In this document: piece by piece, positions 62,954-64,000 of the stretch
Position numbering within the stretch: the first letter of the stretch is position 1
Layout of the letters: each line of letters begins with the position of its first letter
Source of the DNA: Acidobacteriaceae bacterium
Lineage (GTDB): Bacteria > Acidobacteriota > Terriglobia > Terriglobales > Acidobacteriaceae
Assembly: GCA_035944135.1 (NCBI GenBank)
Contig: DASZBM010000006.1
Coordinates: forward strand, 87,510 to 151,509
Length of the DNA: 64,000 bases
Direction: 5' to 3'
Position numbers and translations under genes: made by a program
The notes under the pieces: generated by a model
Told to the model about the DNA's origin: nothing
The model's input: the letters and a program-made list of their open reading frames with translations, nothing else
Database searches by the model: none

Positions 62954-64000
62954 TTAGAAGTTGAAGGTGGCCTCGATCTGTCCCTGACGGTTGGCGGGCG
63001 AAAACTTCGAGGTGACCTGGCCGAAGTTAGAAGAACCGAGCGTCGTAGTTGGGAAGGGAGCCTGGACGCGGTTGAGCGCGTTGAAGTAGTCCATCCGCAC
63101 GGTGAACGAAGTCCCTTCCGTGATACGGAACAGCTTCTTCGCGCTCAGATTCTCCACTGGGTACCACGGACCGCGAACCGCGTTATAAACACGATTGGCG
63201 TTGCCCAACACATACTGGCTATTAGTGGGCGCAGTAAGGCTCCACGCGCCGGTGCTGAACAATAACGGCGCCGGCCCTTTGCCCTCGAAGAACTGCGTAA
63301 TCTGACCGTAGTTCCCTGACCAGAGCGGAACACCGGGATTGAAGTTAGGCCGGTTGCTGCCGTTCAAGGGACTTCCTCCGCTCTGCGTGATCGCCAGTGG
63401 CTGGGAGTTGTTGTAGGTAAGAATGCCCGATACTTGCCATCCGCCCAGCAACCGGCCCGTCTCGCCCCGGTTCAGCCAGCGCTGGCCCGGACCGAAGGGA
63501 AGCTGATAGAGAAGGGCTAGCTTCGATTCGAACGAGCCGGTCGAGTCCTCACCCCACTCCGGCGCCTGGTTGTACTTGTTCACAGTTGTGATGAGGTTGT
63601 CGTAGAGCCTCGGCAGTTCGATATTGGCCAGGAAGTTAATGTTGTTCGACAGATGCTTATCGGCTTGAATCTGGAAGGCGCTGAAGTAAGTAGTACCTGC
63701 CTGATCCCACACGCGCGCCACGTTGGAGTACTGCGGGAAGGGTTTCAATGACTGAAGGACGGTGGCACCGCCGCCGAACTGCGCCGCGAAGTTCGCGTAC
63801 GGAGGGGTGAAGCCGGCCGCCTTGGCTGCGGCCGAGTTGATGTTTTGTGTCAGCAGTGTTCCGTACTGCAGCACCGAAGGATTGGGTTGGCTTATAGGAT
63901 TGCGGTTATAGCCCGACAGATGCGTGACCCGGTTCGCGGTGTAGTCGACGGTCAGCATCGTGTGCCAGGGGATCTGACGCTGAACGCTCAAGCTCCACAT
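62954..64000 (-). CDS. TonB-dependent receptor / Oar-like outer-membrane beta-barrel, C-terminal part (N-terminus off the window)
   Basis: 348 aa in the window. Beta-strand-rich, aromatic-rich sequence ending ..NRQGQIEATFNF with a terminal Phe, typical of OM barrel C-termini. Confidence 0.8.
   Translation of the reverse strand: MWSLSVQRQIPWHTMLTVDYTANRVTHLSGYNRNPISQPNPSVLQYGTLLTQNINSAAAKAAGFTPPYANFAAQFGGGATVLQSLKPFPQYSNVARVWDQAGTTYFSAFQIQADKHLSNNINFLANIELPRLYDNLITTVNKYNQAPEWGEDSTGSFESKLALLYQLPFGPGQRWLNRGETGRLLGGWQVSGILTYNNSQPLAITQSGGSPLNGSNRPNFNPGVPLWSGNYGQITQFFEGKGPAPLLFSTGAWSLTAPTNSQYVLGNANRVYNAVRGPWYPVENLSAKKLFRITEGTSFTVRMDYFNALNRVQAPFPTTTLGSSNFGQVTSKFSPANRQGQIEATFNF

Overview
GC-rich bacterial chromosomal segment. 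Gene content and the intergenic repeat words suggest Acidobacteriota/Terriglobia, but that is an unverified inference. I support about 50 protein genes, 2 tRNAs and no rRNA, CRISPR array, transposase or integrase. Left to right: a GT2/GT-C lipid-linked glycosylation pair, tRNA-Thr, an AmiC-like amidase, alaS, a DUF429-like gene, recX, S9 and M1 peptidases, a thiolase, rsmE, a thioesterase-apbC-hrcA-grpE-dnaJ array (no dnaK), an oxidoreductase, a ChlI-like ATPase and its vWA partner split by four unrelated genes, a GH3 glycosidase, a GAF-PAS histidine kinase and a NUDIX hydrolase. Then comes a trehalose/alpha-glucan island (treZ, treY, an interrupted GH15 gene, glgE, treS-mak), a xanthine-dehydrogenase-family LSM cluster, a tightly coupled cysD-cysN-cysH-xdhC-mocA array, an OmpA-like protein, tRNA-Pro and a partial TonB-dependent receptor. 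Most interesting: (1) an unannotated 16-codon upstream ORF with 8 Cys codons (MKGVYCCCQCFSCCCC) in the cysDNH leader, a candidate cysteine-sensing leader-peptide attenuator. (2) A promoter-to-terminator unit of about 125 nt with no credible ORF between the thiolase and rsmE, a candidate sRNA or leader. (3) A GH15 gene interrupted by one in-frame TGA where I recall homologs having Trp. (4) Short 7-14 nt tandem repeats in operon spacers and inside the amidase CDS, plus a dispersed intergenic repeat of about 130-200 nt in two copies. Many long ORFs in the supplied track are antisense or out-of-frame shadows of real genes and were rejected.
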